64,000 bases of DNA from Narcine bancroftii. Taxonomy: Eukaryota. A program made the position numbers and the translations under genes. The notes below the pieces were generated by a model. That model did not search any database, was not told the origin of the DNA, and worked only from the letters and a program-made list of their open reading frames with translations. Location of the stretch: contig NC_091472.1 in the NCBI RefSeq assembly GCF_036971445.1, positions 182,218,001 to 182,282,000 on the forward strand, read 5' to 3'. The stretch's first letter is position 1; the number at the start of each line of letters is the position of its first letter. Below, piece after piece: positions 52,541 through 64,000 of the stretch.

Positions 52541-52854
52541 AGTGCTTTTCTCCAAGTGCTTCAGCTTCTCCCAAAAACATGCATAGCTTAGCTGGCCACT
52601 GTAAATTGCCCCTGCTGGAGAGGCGGGTAATGGTATGGGAGGAAGTTGATAGTAACATGGGGAGAATAAAGTAGGATCAAATGGGAGCTTGATAGTCAGT
52701 TGGGTCTCGGTGGTTTGAAAGGCCTATTACCACACTCTATGGCATCCTTTCAGGTCGAGAGCTTCTTTGACCATCATTCATCTCATCTTTCTGCTAATTA
52801 TTTTGAGTCTATTTTCCACCGATTTTGATACTGCTGCTCAGGAAAATTGACTTG

Positions 52855-53370
52855 TCCTGCACCCCACACCTGCACAGACATATCTGTCCATGGCCTCATG
52901 CACTGTCAAACCCAAGCAACCCATAAATTCAAGGAGAAAGACCTAATATTGCGTCTGGGCACTCTCCAACTGGATGACATCGACTTGTCTGGTTTCTTCT
53001 AGCCCACTCTCTGTTCTCCCTTTCTTCCTCATCCCTCTTTCTTCTTCCCTTCAGCTCTCCATCCTTCCCTCTCTATTCACAGAGCCATCCCCCATCCCCT
53101 TTCTATACTGGTGTGCCCTTCCTCCCTTACCCATCTATCACCTCCTGCCTGTGGGACTGTGCTCCTCCCCTGGCCTCTCCCCCACCCCCACCATTCTGTT
53201 CAGGCTCCTACCCACATTTTGCTCATACCTTGATGAAGAAAGGCTCAAGCCTGAAATGTTGGTTGTGTACTTTTATCTTTACTATATAAAGTACACTGTT
53301 TGACCTGCTGAATTTCTCCAGCACCATGTTTTTACTTCAATCACAGCGTCTGCAGACTTTCTTGCTTTGC
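52855..53370 (+). mobile_element. Penelope 3' fragment (GIY-YIG C-terminus, UTR, terminal repeat)
   Basis: HTCTDISVHGLMHCQTQATHKFKEKDLILRLGTLQ; hammerhead-like motif at about 53225-53268. Confidence 0.85.
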
Positions 53371-53756
53371 ACCTGTCTTGTTCCTGTTTACTCCATCTAG
53401 TCATTCCATGATTTTACACATTTCAGATAAGTAGGCTCTTAGCTTCCACTATTCCAAGCAGATGACCCAGACTGTCCAGACTTTCCTCGTGGCTTCTGGC
53501 AATAGCCTCAAAAATCTAAACTAGAAACAGAACATTCTAGAACAATTCAGCAGGTCATGGAGAGTCTGTCGAGAGAGGAACAGTCAGCATTGTGAGTCTC
53601 CAACCTTTTGTCAGAACTCAGAAATTTCCTCTGCACCTTTACAGTATGAATAAGTCCACACCTGTACTGTGTGCCTCGGCCAATAAAGGAGAAAATTCCC
53701 TCTGCCATGACATTATCTACCTGCCCTGATACATTTAATAGACCACTCTAATACAG

Positions 53757-53985
53757 GGGCGGCACAGTTAGCATAGCAGTTCATGGCTATTTAAGTGCCA
53801 GCAACCCAGGTTCGAATCAGGTGCTGTCTGTAAGGAGTTCTCCATGTATCTACATGGGTTTCTTTCAGATGCTCCGGTTTCCTCTCACCGTTCAAAAATG
53901 TACTGGGGTTGATGGTTAATTGGAAGTAATTCGGCAGCATGGGTTCATGCACCAAAAGGGGCTGTTATCGTGCTGTATGTCGAAA
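53757..53985 (+). mobile_element. HE1-like SINE
   Basis: GGTTCGAATC B-box, core and tail. Confidence 0.8.
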
Positions 53986-54397
53986 AAGCCTTCAATCCTC
54001 AACGTCCTTTATTCTCTACTTGCTTTTTGCTTCTCCCCAAAAACTATTAAAATGTTCCTGCTGGTTTGTCCGATTTTTGGGGGCCTTATTCGGATTTTAA
54101 GTTGAGGAAAATATTCTCACTGAACTCTTCCACAAGTTGTGTCTAATTAAGATCTTTATTTGCTCATTTCTCCGTTTATCGAGAGTAAAGTGAAAAGCTT
54201 CGATGCTCAAGCCTTTATTTCAATATTTTAAGTTGCTTGAAGCATTGCATTGTTTACCTTCTGATGCATGTTGAAGCCAAGTAAATCTCATTTCCCACAG
54301 CAAATTTGTGTGGAAAATTAGTTTAATTGAAATGTACAATGAATTTTGAGCATGGAAAAAAAATAGAAAATGTAAGAATTAAAAATAAACTGGTCAG

Positions 54398-54533
54398 GGC
54401 TTCTTGAACAAAATGGCTTCTTGAACGAAATGGCTTCTTGAACGAAATGGCTTCTTGAACAAAATGGCTTCTTGAATGAAATGGCTTCTTGAATGAAATG
54501 GCTTCTTGAACGAAATGGCTTCTTGAACGAAAT
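54398..54533. repeat. 17-bp minisatellite, 8 copies
   Basis: GGCTTCTTGAA(CG/CA/TG)AAAT, contiguous, no spacers. Confidence 0.95.
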
Positions 54534-56669
54534 GAAATGAAGTGATAGCCAAATGTGCTATACCTTCCTGGCAGTGCGGTTAATGACTAAATTCATTGCT
54601 TGTTGTGGGGTCTAAAGCTGGGTTAAGGCAGATGAAACTAACTCAAGCCAACTGCTTTTTTTAAAAAAAATTCTGGTTCTATTTGTTGCAAGTTGAAAGA
54701 CCAGGATGATTCTCATTCGACAGACATTTTTGGAGGCTGTCATTGAAAATGAGGCAAGATCTATTGATGGTTGTTTTGTAAGCTTAAGTATCAGTTGTAG
54801 ATGGGAGACAGATCAATAATGAGGGGATATAACCAGATCAGTATGAATAAGTCCAAAGTGCATACATGTTTTCTACATGCAAAGAATAAATGTTTAATCT
54901 GTGACAGTTCACAAGTCTAAGGTCAAATGCATTCGTAAATCAGTGCTGAGAATGGAGACCTGAGAATGAGCTCTAACAAGCTGATAGCAAGTAATGAAGG
55001 AACAAGCTATTACATGCTGGTTTAAGGTTGATTTGGGGAATGGGTTTTGTTGACACGGTCTCTTGGTTGTTTTGAAGGAATGTGTAAATTAAAAAAAAAC
55101 ATGCATTGATATGCCACCCTTCCTCTTTTCAGTACATTCCACTACACCTTGCAGCCAACAAGTTGTTTCTTCAACTAGACAGGTAAAATTTCAGTCTCTT
55201 GGTGTTTTAATCACACTACCATCAGCGTTCACAACTATTGCCGAGGCTAAGATTCAAGTTCAAATCAAGTTTATTATCATCTGAGTGGACAAGTACAACC
55301 CAACCAGTCCTCGGTGCAAGAAAGTTAATACACAGCCAGACGTAACACACCTACAGACAAATAATACATATGCAGGACAAAGATTGCAGAAGAACTACGT
55401 CTCTGTATATTCAGTATTGCAGATCATTGTTATCAGAAGCAAAGCAGACCAAGCACCAGTTAGCACTTTAATGGGAGTTTTCACAGGGATACAAAGTGCA
55501 CTGGCTTCACCTGGAGGGGAGGTGTTTGCCACCGGGTTATCTTGCCCAAGAAACCCCTATGATGCCAAAGCTCATTGCAGCATCTAAGATATTCTTTCTG
55601 GGGTTGACTTTGACTTCATGTATATTTTTGAATGCATTATGTACGTTTGTGTCAATTATTAAAAGGAAATTAAAGCTCACCTTTGTGAATGGCAGCAGTT
55701 GGTATTGTTGCCTCACTGCTCCAGTGACTGACTTTTGGCGTTTGCACATTCTGCGACCATATTGGTTTCCTTTCAATAATTTGGTTTCTCTCACATGCTA
55801 AAGACATACTGATTTTTTATTTGGTCATTGTAAATGATAGATGATGAAGAAAAACCAGGGATAAGTTAATGAGCATGTGAGAGAGAATGGCTTACAAGGA
55901 AATAGGATAAATGCCTTTATTTTGAGGTCTGCCTAGGTTTGATGGGGTGAAGGGTTTTTTTGTATTTTATTGACAGCACAGTAAAAGCCGATCCCATCGA
56001 TTTTTCTTCTTCCCACGAGGTGAGAATGCTGAACGACAAAAGGAACTGGCCACACTAACCTCCTGAGACTCCTATTTATGATTAAATATTTATTTATTTG
56101 TATATATGAATACTTGTCCTGAATATGTATTGTTTGTACTTGTGTTATGTCTGGTGGTGTGTCTGAATGTTTTTCACCGAGTACCAGAGAACGCTGTTTC
56201 ATCAGGTTGTTCTTGTGAAATCAGATGATGATAAACTTGATTTGAACTAAACCCATGCCACCCAATTACACCCAAATTAACCTACAATCCTGTATGTTTT
56301 GAAGGGTGAGAGGAAACCGGAAGACCCAGTGGAAATCCACAGAGAATGTACAAACTCCTTACAGACAGTGCCAGAATCAATCCAGGTCGGTGGCGGTCTA
56401 ATAGTAATGCACTAACCGTTGTGCTTTTATGTTGAATATTAATTTGCCTTATAATACTTCTTCATACATTACTACCAGAAGAGCATTGGTTCCAAATGAT
56501 ATTGTGAAAATCCGGACAGTATTTCAAAGTTATTTTGATCTCAAGGCATCATGGAAATTTGGCTAATTGCCATTTTAGGAAGTGAGTTCCAAAGTTGGTG
56601 TAATGGTTATCCTCTCCTTTCATCTATTTTCAAGATATTGATGGAAGCAATGTAAACAGATTAGATAAG

Positions 56670-56885
56670 GGCAGCAGGGTTAGCGTAGCGGTTAGCTCAA
56701 TGTTGTTACAGCGCTAGTGATCAGGACCGGGATTCGAATTCCATGCTGTCTGTAAGGAGTTTGTACATTCTCCTCGTGACTGCATGGGTTTCCCCCTTGT
56801 CTCCTGTTTCCTCCACCCTTCAAAACGCACCGGGTGTTGTAGGTCAAATGGGTGTAATTGGGCAGCTCGTGGGCCAAAATTTAAA
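56670..56885 (+). mobile_element. HE1-like SINE (an opposite-strand partial copy lies at about 56250-56420)
   Basis: GGGCAGCAGGGTTAGCGTAGCGG head, GATTCGAATTCC B-box. Confidence 0.8.
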
Positions 56886-56980
56886 TTTATATTAGTATTA
56901 TAGAATTTGTAAATACATAATATATTTGAGATGTGACTGTTGCTATATATAAAGCTTAGGAGAAAACCTTTTGTAGGCAA

Positions 56981-57539
56981 CACTGGACAACAATTTTTTT
57001 CCAAAAGGTTTGATTCCAAAAAATAATTGGGGATTATAATAGACAGCTTCATGCTAAACACAAAGATAATTTCAGATTAGGAAGTTGGAGAAGCATTAAA
57101 TTAACTTTTATTGAATTTAGCATGTTTGATCATCTATTGATACCTATCACATTGCATAGGTTCAACTGACCTAAGAATGTTTTACTGCTGACTTTCCTTT
57201 GTTCTCAGCATCTAATGAGTCTCGTGTCAATGTTCAACAGTAGTCGGCCGGCAATGATAAATTCTATTTTCCCTGATACCATTTTTCCATGGTCCTGGTG
57301 AAACCTTTCACCATGTTCGTCACTGACTGCCGTGAGATCAGCAGCGTAGAAGTGCGAACGCAGAAAATTAATTTTCAAGGGTTTTGTATGCTTGAAGTAG
57401 TCTTAAAATATGACAAGAAATCACAAAAATATGCTATGTTTTTTTTTAAAATTGTACATGGGAGGATATTTCTTTCAGGCCCAAAATCCATAAAATACAC
57501 CCAAAAGAGTTCAGGAAGCAAGATCTTTGTTGTCCAATG
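56981..57539 (-). mobile_element. Chapaev3-like (CMC) DNA transposon deletion derivative
   Basis: Terminal inverted repeats CACTGGACAACAA / TTGTTGTCCAATG; minus strand of about 57170-57400 reads LLQAYK..LKINFLRSH..AVSDEHGERFHQD..MEKWYQGK..ADYC. Confidence 0.75.
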
Positions 57540-58457
57540 CATCTACTGATAGGTAGAAACTACCACCGTTGCCAGAAGGAGAATAAGTGCCCCAATATAT
57601 TGAATACAATGCAGTGGAAATCTGACAAAAATATTAAAACCACTGCAATTTTGTTGAAAGTTGAACAGCATCCTGTAGATAATAGATTAAATTTTGCAAG
57701 TGCTCTCTGTCACAGCTATTCTGGTGAAGGATACCCTTTGGAAACATTAACCCACTCCTTCATACTCAAATGTTGATCTGTCTCCTGTGCATTGCTGGCA
57801 CTTTACAAATAATAGCAGGAACGAGAATGACTGAAATTAGATTGGATCTGTCCAACAACCCCAACAAGCCCCAGAAGAGAATATTAGTGAAACCCTCAAG
57901 AATCCTAATAAAGCAGCTTAATCAGCTGCATTTTTTTAAAAAAATGGTGTAAAGCAAGCTTGCAATTTAAAAAAATAAGATTAAAAAATCATTAACAAGG
58001 TTAGTATTATTCATAACAATTGACTGGGGTGTTGGTGAGTTGGATTACTTTTCTCAATGGAAAGTGATGATTTGCGGCAAGTTAATATCTATGGAAATTT
58101 ACAGTTCACGAAACTTGCAACATATTTTTTTGTCTTTGGGAATATGTTGTCAGACGAAGCCGTCAAAATTCAAATTGTCCTGACATTCCCTTCTCGACAC
58201 ATTCCCACTTTCTGCAAAGTTCAGAGTGGTTTCTGTGATCAGTTCAGTCTCACTACAGTATACCTGGGATTGTGTGTAAAAATCCTTAATAATTATGATG
58301 TCTGCAATTCATATTAAAATAATTTCACAGCCGACTGAGGCAGATTGCCACATTTCCGTTGGGTCCTAGTGTGTGTGATGTATCAATACACAGTCAAAAG
58401 CACTTTGTAACTATGACTGTAAAAACACAATGCGGGAGAAACTCTGCAATAAATAGA

Positions 58458-58570
58458 CCAAAACGTTGGTGATGTATCTTTATCTTTACTATATAAAGTA
58501 CACCGTTAAACCTGCTGAGTTTCTCCAGGATTGTGTTTTTACTTCAATCACGGTGTCTGTAGACCTTCTT
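58458..58570 (+). mobile_element. Penelope terminal-repeat fragment
   Basis: AAAACGTTGGTGATGTATCTTTATC...CCTGCTGAGTTTCTCCAG. Confidence 0.8.
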
Positions 58571-59351
58571 GTAACCATGGTTACATGCTTGGTTTGTTTA
58601 AAAATATTTATTTATGTAAAGTTATAATAAGCTTTGAGTGTACAAAAGTTGAAGAAGTAATTGGCAGGGCATATGAAATCAAATTAAACCTAATGTAAAC
58701 TATTTTAAAGATCCCTCCACATCCTAGTAATAATCCATTTTTCATCGATGCACTGATATTGTCCAAAATGCACAGTTGTCCAACCTGTGCTTATTGTGTA
58801 TTTGGGATGACAAGGAACATCAGGATGTAGATTACTGTAATAAAATTTAAATATCTTTCAAAAGAAAAGCAATTCACAGAAAATAACTACACAACTTCAT
58901 ATGTGGGACAATGTAGTTTCATTTTTTTCATTGTTTCCATTAAAAGCCTGCAAAAGATACGGGATGTTGCATTTTTCACAGTATAACCAGCGAGATTACA
59001 TGCCTGCAAATATTCTTGGTGTACCTACTTTTTTTCTGAATATTTGATGGAGCCACAACCGCTGTGACAGATAGTAGAAATAGGACTGAATAATTGTGAG
59101 AATGAAATAATAGAGAGCAGAGGGTATTCATCTCACAGCGCACAGAAATGTGCAGAGCTCACAGATGTTTATCTTGGACCAAAAAAAAACAGATGTGAAC
59201 CTGCAGTTGGAATAGCACGTACTCTAAAGCTGTGAATTTGCAGCAGAACTGGTAACGTCTGAAATATGCAAATCCTGAATGTACGAAAGACAAATAGAAA
59301 CACATGAGAAATTATGCAGGCATAGAGTACTTTTAAGATATTTGAAGTATT

Positions 59352-59584
59352 AATAGTATTAGTTCTTCACTCTTTATCATGGGGGTGGGGATGGGGGGGT
59401 TTAGGGGTTAAAAATAGTTTTTTTTTAGTCTTAGTTTTTAGTTGTTAGGGGGAGATGCTGAGATTGGTATTGTATTAACTATGTTACTTCGTACTTGTAT
59501 TACTTTATTTTGTATTTTTTCTGTACGTGAATTACTTACTTTCTTCATATGTTAAAATTAATAAATAAAGTTTCGAGAAAAAAA
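59352..59584 (+). mobile_element. Recent L1-type 3' UTR insertion
   Basis: Perfect 17-bp TSD AAGATATTTGAAGTATT (59335-59351, 59585-59601), TTTT/AA target, AATAAA and poly-A. Confidence 0.9.
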
Positions 59585-59919
59585 AAGATATTTGAAGTAT
59601 TGAGGTATTTAACAAAATTGTGCCCACGCTTTTTCCATATTTTTCCGATATCTCTTTTTCTCACGGCTTCACGTTGAAATATGACTAATGCAGAAATATA
59701 TAGTCAGCATAAAGTGGACAAATTCAGTTCTGACTACCCAAAATGACAACTGCGCAGAAGCTCTGGAATGAACCGTTCTTAACCATACATAATGTTGCCA
59801 TTATGAGATTCCATTTGTGACCTTCAATGAGGGAACATGGAATCGTGACCTTTATTGAAAGAGGAAAGTTAGTTGGGTTTTGCTGAAACCACATCTGGAT
59901 GATATACAGTTTTGATCTC

Positions 59920-60962
59920 TTTTTAATTTTTTTAAACCTTTATAAATATTTTTATTAATTTCAAATATAAGCATGCATATACAAAACATTTATGGAATAC
60001 ACAATATTAATAACAAATTTGATAACTCAACAAGCTATAAAGCTCATATCACCATAATTCAAAATTATAACAAAAAGAGAAAAAAAAGACCATGTACAGC
60101 AAGATTCTAAACCCTATCCCTTAACCCAAGGTGTATGACTGAAGAAAATATATACTTCGTTCAGAGAATAAAATGGAAAATATAAAAATTTTAAAATAAC
60201 ATTAGGTCTAGAGATTATGAAAGTAATCCAAGAATGATCCCCACAACATTTGAAACTTTATATTCGAATTATTAATTGAATAATGTTTTTGTTTCTAAAG
60301 TTAAGCAGGACTTAATGTCCCTCAGCCATTGAGCATGAGTGGGTGGGTGAGGCAACATCCTTCCATCTAAACAGTATTGCACGTCTATCCAGGAGAGATG
60401 CAAAAGACAGAATACAACATTTAATTGGAGCTAGAGGAATATCATCTTCTCCAGTTGTGGCAAAAAGAGCAACCAGAGGATTCGGCTCTAAATTTACATT
60501 TAAAATTAAAGATAAAATTGGAAATACCTCCCCTCAGTATTTTTCAAGGCTAGGATATGTCCAAAACATCTGAATTAAAGAAGCCTCTTCTCTCTTATAT
60601 TTATCAGAACAAGAATTTATATCTGAACAGCTACAAGATAATTTAGACAAATGAGCTCTATGTACAACTTTAATTTGTAATAAGCAATGATGGGCACATA
60701 AGGACGTAGTATTAAAAATTAGATCCCAAACTTCATCTGACAACATAAGGTTTAAAACCTCTTCCCAGGCACTTTTAATTTTAGCTAGAGTGGCATGTCT
60801 CAAACCCAATAGCTTATCATAAAGAATGAACATTAAACTTGTGCGAAAATGTTGTAAACTAAATATCACATCAACAATATTCACATCAGCTGTCCGAGGA
60901 AAAGCCAGTATCTGGAATTTAAGAAAGTGTCTAAAGTGATCTCTGTTTAAGAAAGGGTACAT
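59920..60962 (-). mobile_element. L1 ORF2 C-terminus and 3' UTR remnant
   Basis: IKSAWEE...CAHHCLLQIKVVHRAHLSK...ASLIQMFWT. Confidence 0.8.
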
Positions 60963-61229
60963 TTGCCTTGGAGGAACTACAGCAAAGAATGTTTACTAGA
61001 CTGAATGAGGGTTTGTCTTATGGGGAAGAATTGTGCAGCACGACCCTGCATTTCCTGGAGTTGGTAGAAGGAGAAGAGGATTCTGAGGGAGCTTGATGGG
61101 GGTATGCTCTGCAAACTGTTTCTCGGTAGAACTTGAGAGGATTGCCCTCTCATGTAAAGGAATAGTAAGAACAAGAGTAGGTAAAGAAGAGATGGAAACT
61201 GTGGACCCAGAGAAAGGTGGGTTTTATCT

Positions 61230-61965
61230 AAAATGAACAAAAATCGAGGTCCAGCAGGAATGCGATATGCTGTTCCTCAAGTTTACATTCGACCTCATTT
61301 TGGCAATGGATCAGTTTGAGGATGAACATGTCTATGCAGGAATGCTGAAGGAAATTGAAATGGTAGAAAATCCAGAGATGGGGTACAGATGCTTGGTGAA
61401 GCCACATTGAGTACACCAAATGCAATCGATGAACTTGCACATAAAGCACTGCTTCGCCTGGAAGGTCTGCTTGTGGCCCTGGGAGGAGGTGAGGGGGAGA
61501 AGATGTTTGGCTTCAGCAAGTAAGAATTTCTGTGCGTCTGTACATTGTACTTATCACAATATCTTGATGAAGGTCTCAAGCCTGCAGTGTCAGTTGTATA
61601 TATTTATCTTTGCTATATTATAGTGTTCTGTTTAACCTTGTAGCAGACTTCAACAGGGACCTTATCTGAAGGCTGCACCTGGCAATTGGAGTCAGGTGTC
61701 TCAGCCAGTTGGATTTAAAAAGCTCAGATCAGCAGGAAGCTGATTGGGCAATAGAGATCAAGTGATCCAAGAAATTTGTGACACTGGGTGGTATTAATTC
61801 TCTTCAACTCAGTAGATGAGGGAGAGGGTATTATTGGCTGGCGTTGCACACAGGACATGTAGTAGTGAGTTGGAAATTTATTACTAATTTCTTCTTCAAC
61901 CTGGTGAGTTTGTACATCATTGTGCCTTTAGTTCAATCATGGTATCTGCAGACTTTTGCGATTTA
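61230..61965. mobile_element. Penelope GIY-YIG remnant (minus, 61230-61520) with an inverted, interrupted terminal repeat (plus, 61560-61640 and 61898-61965)
   Basis: HFNFLQHSCIDM...KLEEQH; QGHKQTFQAKQCF; CTTGATGAAGGTCTCAAGCC. Confidence 0.7.
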
Positions 61966-62011
61966 TTTAAATAAACTTATTACTTGCTTTGGGATAAGTT
62001 TTGTTCTCAAT

Positions 62012-62383
62012 TAGTGGTTTTCAAACTGCCCCCCTAAACTCACATTCCACCTTAAGCAAACCCTATGCCATAAATGCTCTGTGTATTAGTAAGGGATTGC
62101 TTAAGGTGGTATGTGAGTGGAAAGCAAAAGTTTGAAAAACCACTGTTTTAATTGTACCTAATTGACTCGTTATATGTACGGCTTCATAACTCGGAAGGAA
62201 ATGGGCCAATGCAATTTTTCTCAAAGCAAAATATTTCAGTAACAATTGAGTCTGGAGCAATGGTTCTCAACCTTCCCACCCACATACCACCTTAAGCAAT
62301 CCCTTATTAATCACAGAGAACTTGTGACATAAGGAATACTTAAAGTGGAAAGTGAGTTTAGCTGGCCAGTTTGAAAACCACTG
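62012..62383. mobile_element. Composite MITE: two ~130-bp hAT-like palindromic units around a ~110-bp spacer
   Basis: Units bounded by (C/T)A(G/A)TGGTT(T/C)TCAA...TTGAAAA(A)CCACTG; second copy at 28151/32791-33084. Confidence 0.85.
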
Positions 62384-62822
62384 TTCAAAGCACTATCTAG
62401 TTTGCTTATCCAATGAAATTTTGCAACTTGGTTGTAATTACAAACCTGCAAAATGGTTGTTTCTTGTATATTCCCTGAAATGACCAATAATATTAGTGAT
62501 TCCAGATTCAAAGAATATAGAGAAGCAGATGTCATGTATGGAAGGAAGTTGCTGTATTCTTTTCAATTGTGGCTCAAAAAGAGGCTGGAATATTTCCTTT
62601 ATATTAGATCATTCTTATTGATATTCATTCATTAGAATTATTAAAGATAAGATTTGTAAGGACACTCTTCCACGGTAATTTCATTGATAAATCAGTCCCC
62701 TGAGAAGGTTGGAAAGGGCATTTGGATGTTGATTACAAATGTAACAAAACAAACTCAAGCATCATGGGTGGAATCAATTCTGAATCAAAACTGTTCTGTA
62801 TTTTTTTGTGAATGATGAAATA

Positions 62823-63863
62823 CTATATATTTCAGTGGACAAGATGACTTTCAGATAAGATGAGACCACCATTTCTGTCTGAATTTGATGGTTTTCGCTC
62901 ATCTTGGTGGTATAAGGTGACCCTCCCCCCCCCCCCCCCTCCTTGTGTGTGTTGACTTGGCTGGTGAAGTGCTGTCACAAAATAATATTCGGTTTAGTCT
63001 GTTGCTACTCTTAACCAGTTTAAAAAATGTTATTAAATTGTTATCATGGAGCCACCAGCAAAATGAAGAAAATATGAAGCAAGTTTGAAGTCAAAAGTCA
63101 TTGAGTGGCCGAGGAATTGACCAACTGTGCTTCTCCAAGGACATTTGACATATCTGAGAAGATGGTAAAAGTGTGGAGAAAGAATGAAGATCCCAAAGAA
63201 GAATGAGAAGAGGAATCTCTTGTTGGCTAGAGTTGGAAAATCATGTTGTCTATCGGGTACTACATATGCTCTGATTTTATTTCTTGTGACTATGTCCTGA
63301 TGTGGACAAGGTCAAACCCAGAAGACAGTAGAGATTTTAAAAAGTACAGTAAGCTTGTGCAACTATTTAATGAACAGGAAAATTCAGGTAATATGACATA
63401 GGATAATGTGAAAGTAGAGACTATAATATCTTTCAAAAAGTGCAGTATCTCTAGGGCAATGGATAGTACGGAGGATGAATGAAGCCAACTCACCAGTTTC
63501 AGACTGGGACCAATATGATGACGGTGTAAACAGTAAGACTTCAGATGTGCTTGCTGAGTTCTTCACCTCAAAATGAAACTAGCGATTTTTCAAGGATTTT
63601 TTTTAATTTCCAATTCTTTTACTGGTTTAGTACCACATTGGTCATGGATTTAGTGCAAAATAAAAATTGTGTACACTACAGTAGCTTTTTATTATACTGG
63701 TATCTTAAAAATATGTTATAGGGTGCGGTCTGGGAGGGTTATGGAACCAATCAAGTGGTATTTTGATAGAATTTTAAGGTTACTGTTTTTGTCTCTATAG
63801 GATGACCCTTTTTTTTTTGGGGGGGGGGTGTTTTTTTGGGTACTCATCCACCAAAATATATGG
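62823..63863 (+). mobile_element. Decayed pogo/Tc2-like (TcMar) transposon
   Basis: TA flanks; imperfect inverted termini CTATATATTTCAGTGGA / TCCACCAAAATATATGG; YEASLKSKVIE..NC..FDISEKMVKVWRK (Brinker-like DNA-binding domain) and SFKKCSISRAMDSTED. Confidence 0.75.
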
Positions 63864-64000
63864 TAAATGGTGGGTGTTGCTTTCCTAATTCTAGTTCTTG
63901 AAGGTGTTAAAGTTGGAGCCTCACATTAACAGGTTTTCAATGTTCTTTGATATCGCTTTAGGACATTTTGAATATGTCCTCCAATTGACTAACTGAATAT

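Noticed and set aside
54398-54533. CRISPR-like array
   Set aside because: Units are contiguous with no unique spacers, there are no cas genes, and the context is eukaryotic.
363-63566. Remaining short ORFs (60-200 aa) in the track
   Set aside because: They are alternative or antisense frames of repeats or chance ORFs; none resembles a host protein I recognise.

Overview
Eukaryotic, repeat-dense DNA, probably intronic or intergenic. I found no recognisable host gene, RNA gene or CRISPR array. The repeat set points to a cartilaginous fish (inference from family recognition): HE1-like tRNA/V-SINEs with CR1 tails, DeuSINE relics, CR1, Rex1/Babar, L1 and Penelope. All long ORFs belong to retroelements. 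Main contents: (1) four young, near-identical RTE/BovB-type LINE copies plus two older pieces; (2) a young CR1 split by an RTE and itself splitting a composite MITE; (3) an L1 lacking its whole RT domain; (4) five solo LTRs with target-site duplications (TSDs); (5) hAT, Chapaev3-like and pogo/Tc2-like DNA transposon derivatives; (6) many Penelope ends with minimal hammerhead-ribozyme motifs. The most unusual signals are at RTE 5' junctions. Two copies stop 11 nt apart in the RT gene and each is joined by microhomology to inverted sequence: probably the element's own GC-rich 5' UTR in one, and a 123-bp copy of the host CR1's 3' end in the other. Family names come from motif recognition by eye, not database searches, and boundaries of decayed elements are approximate.
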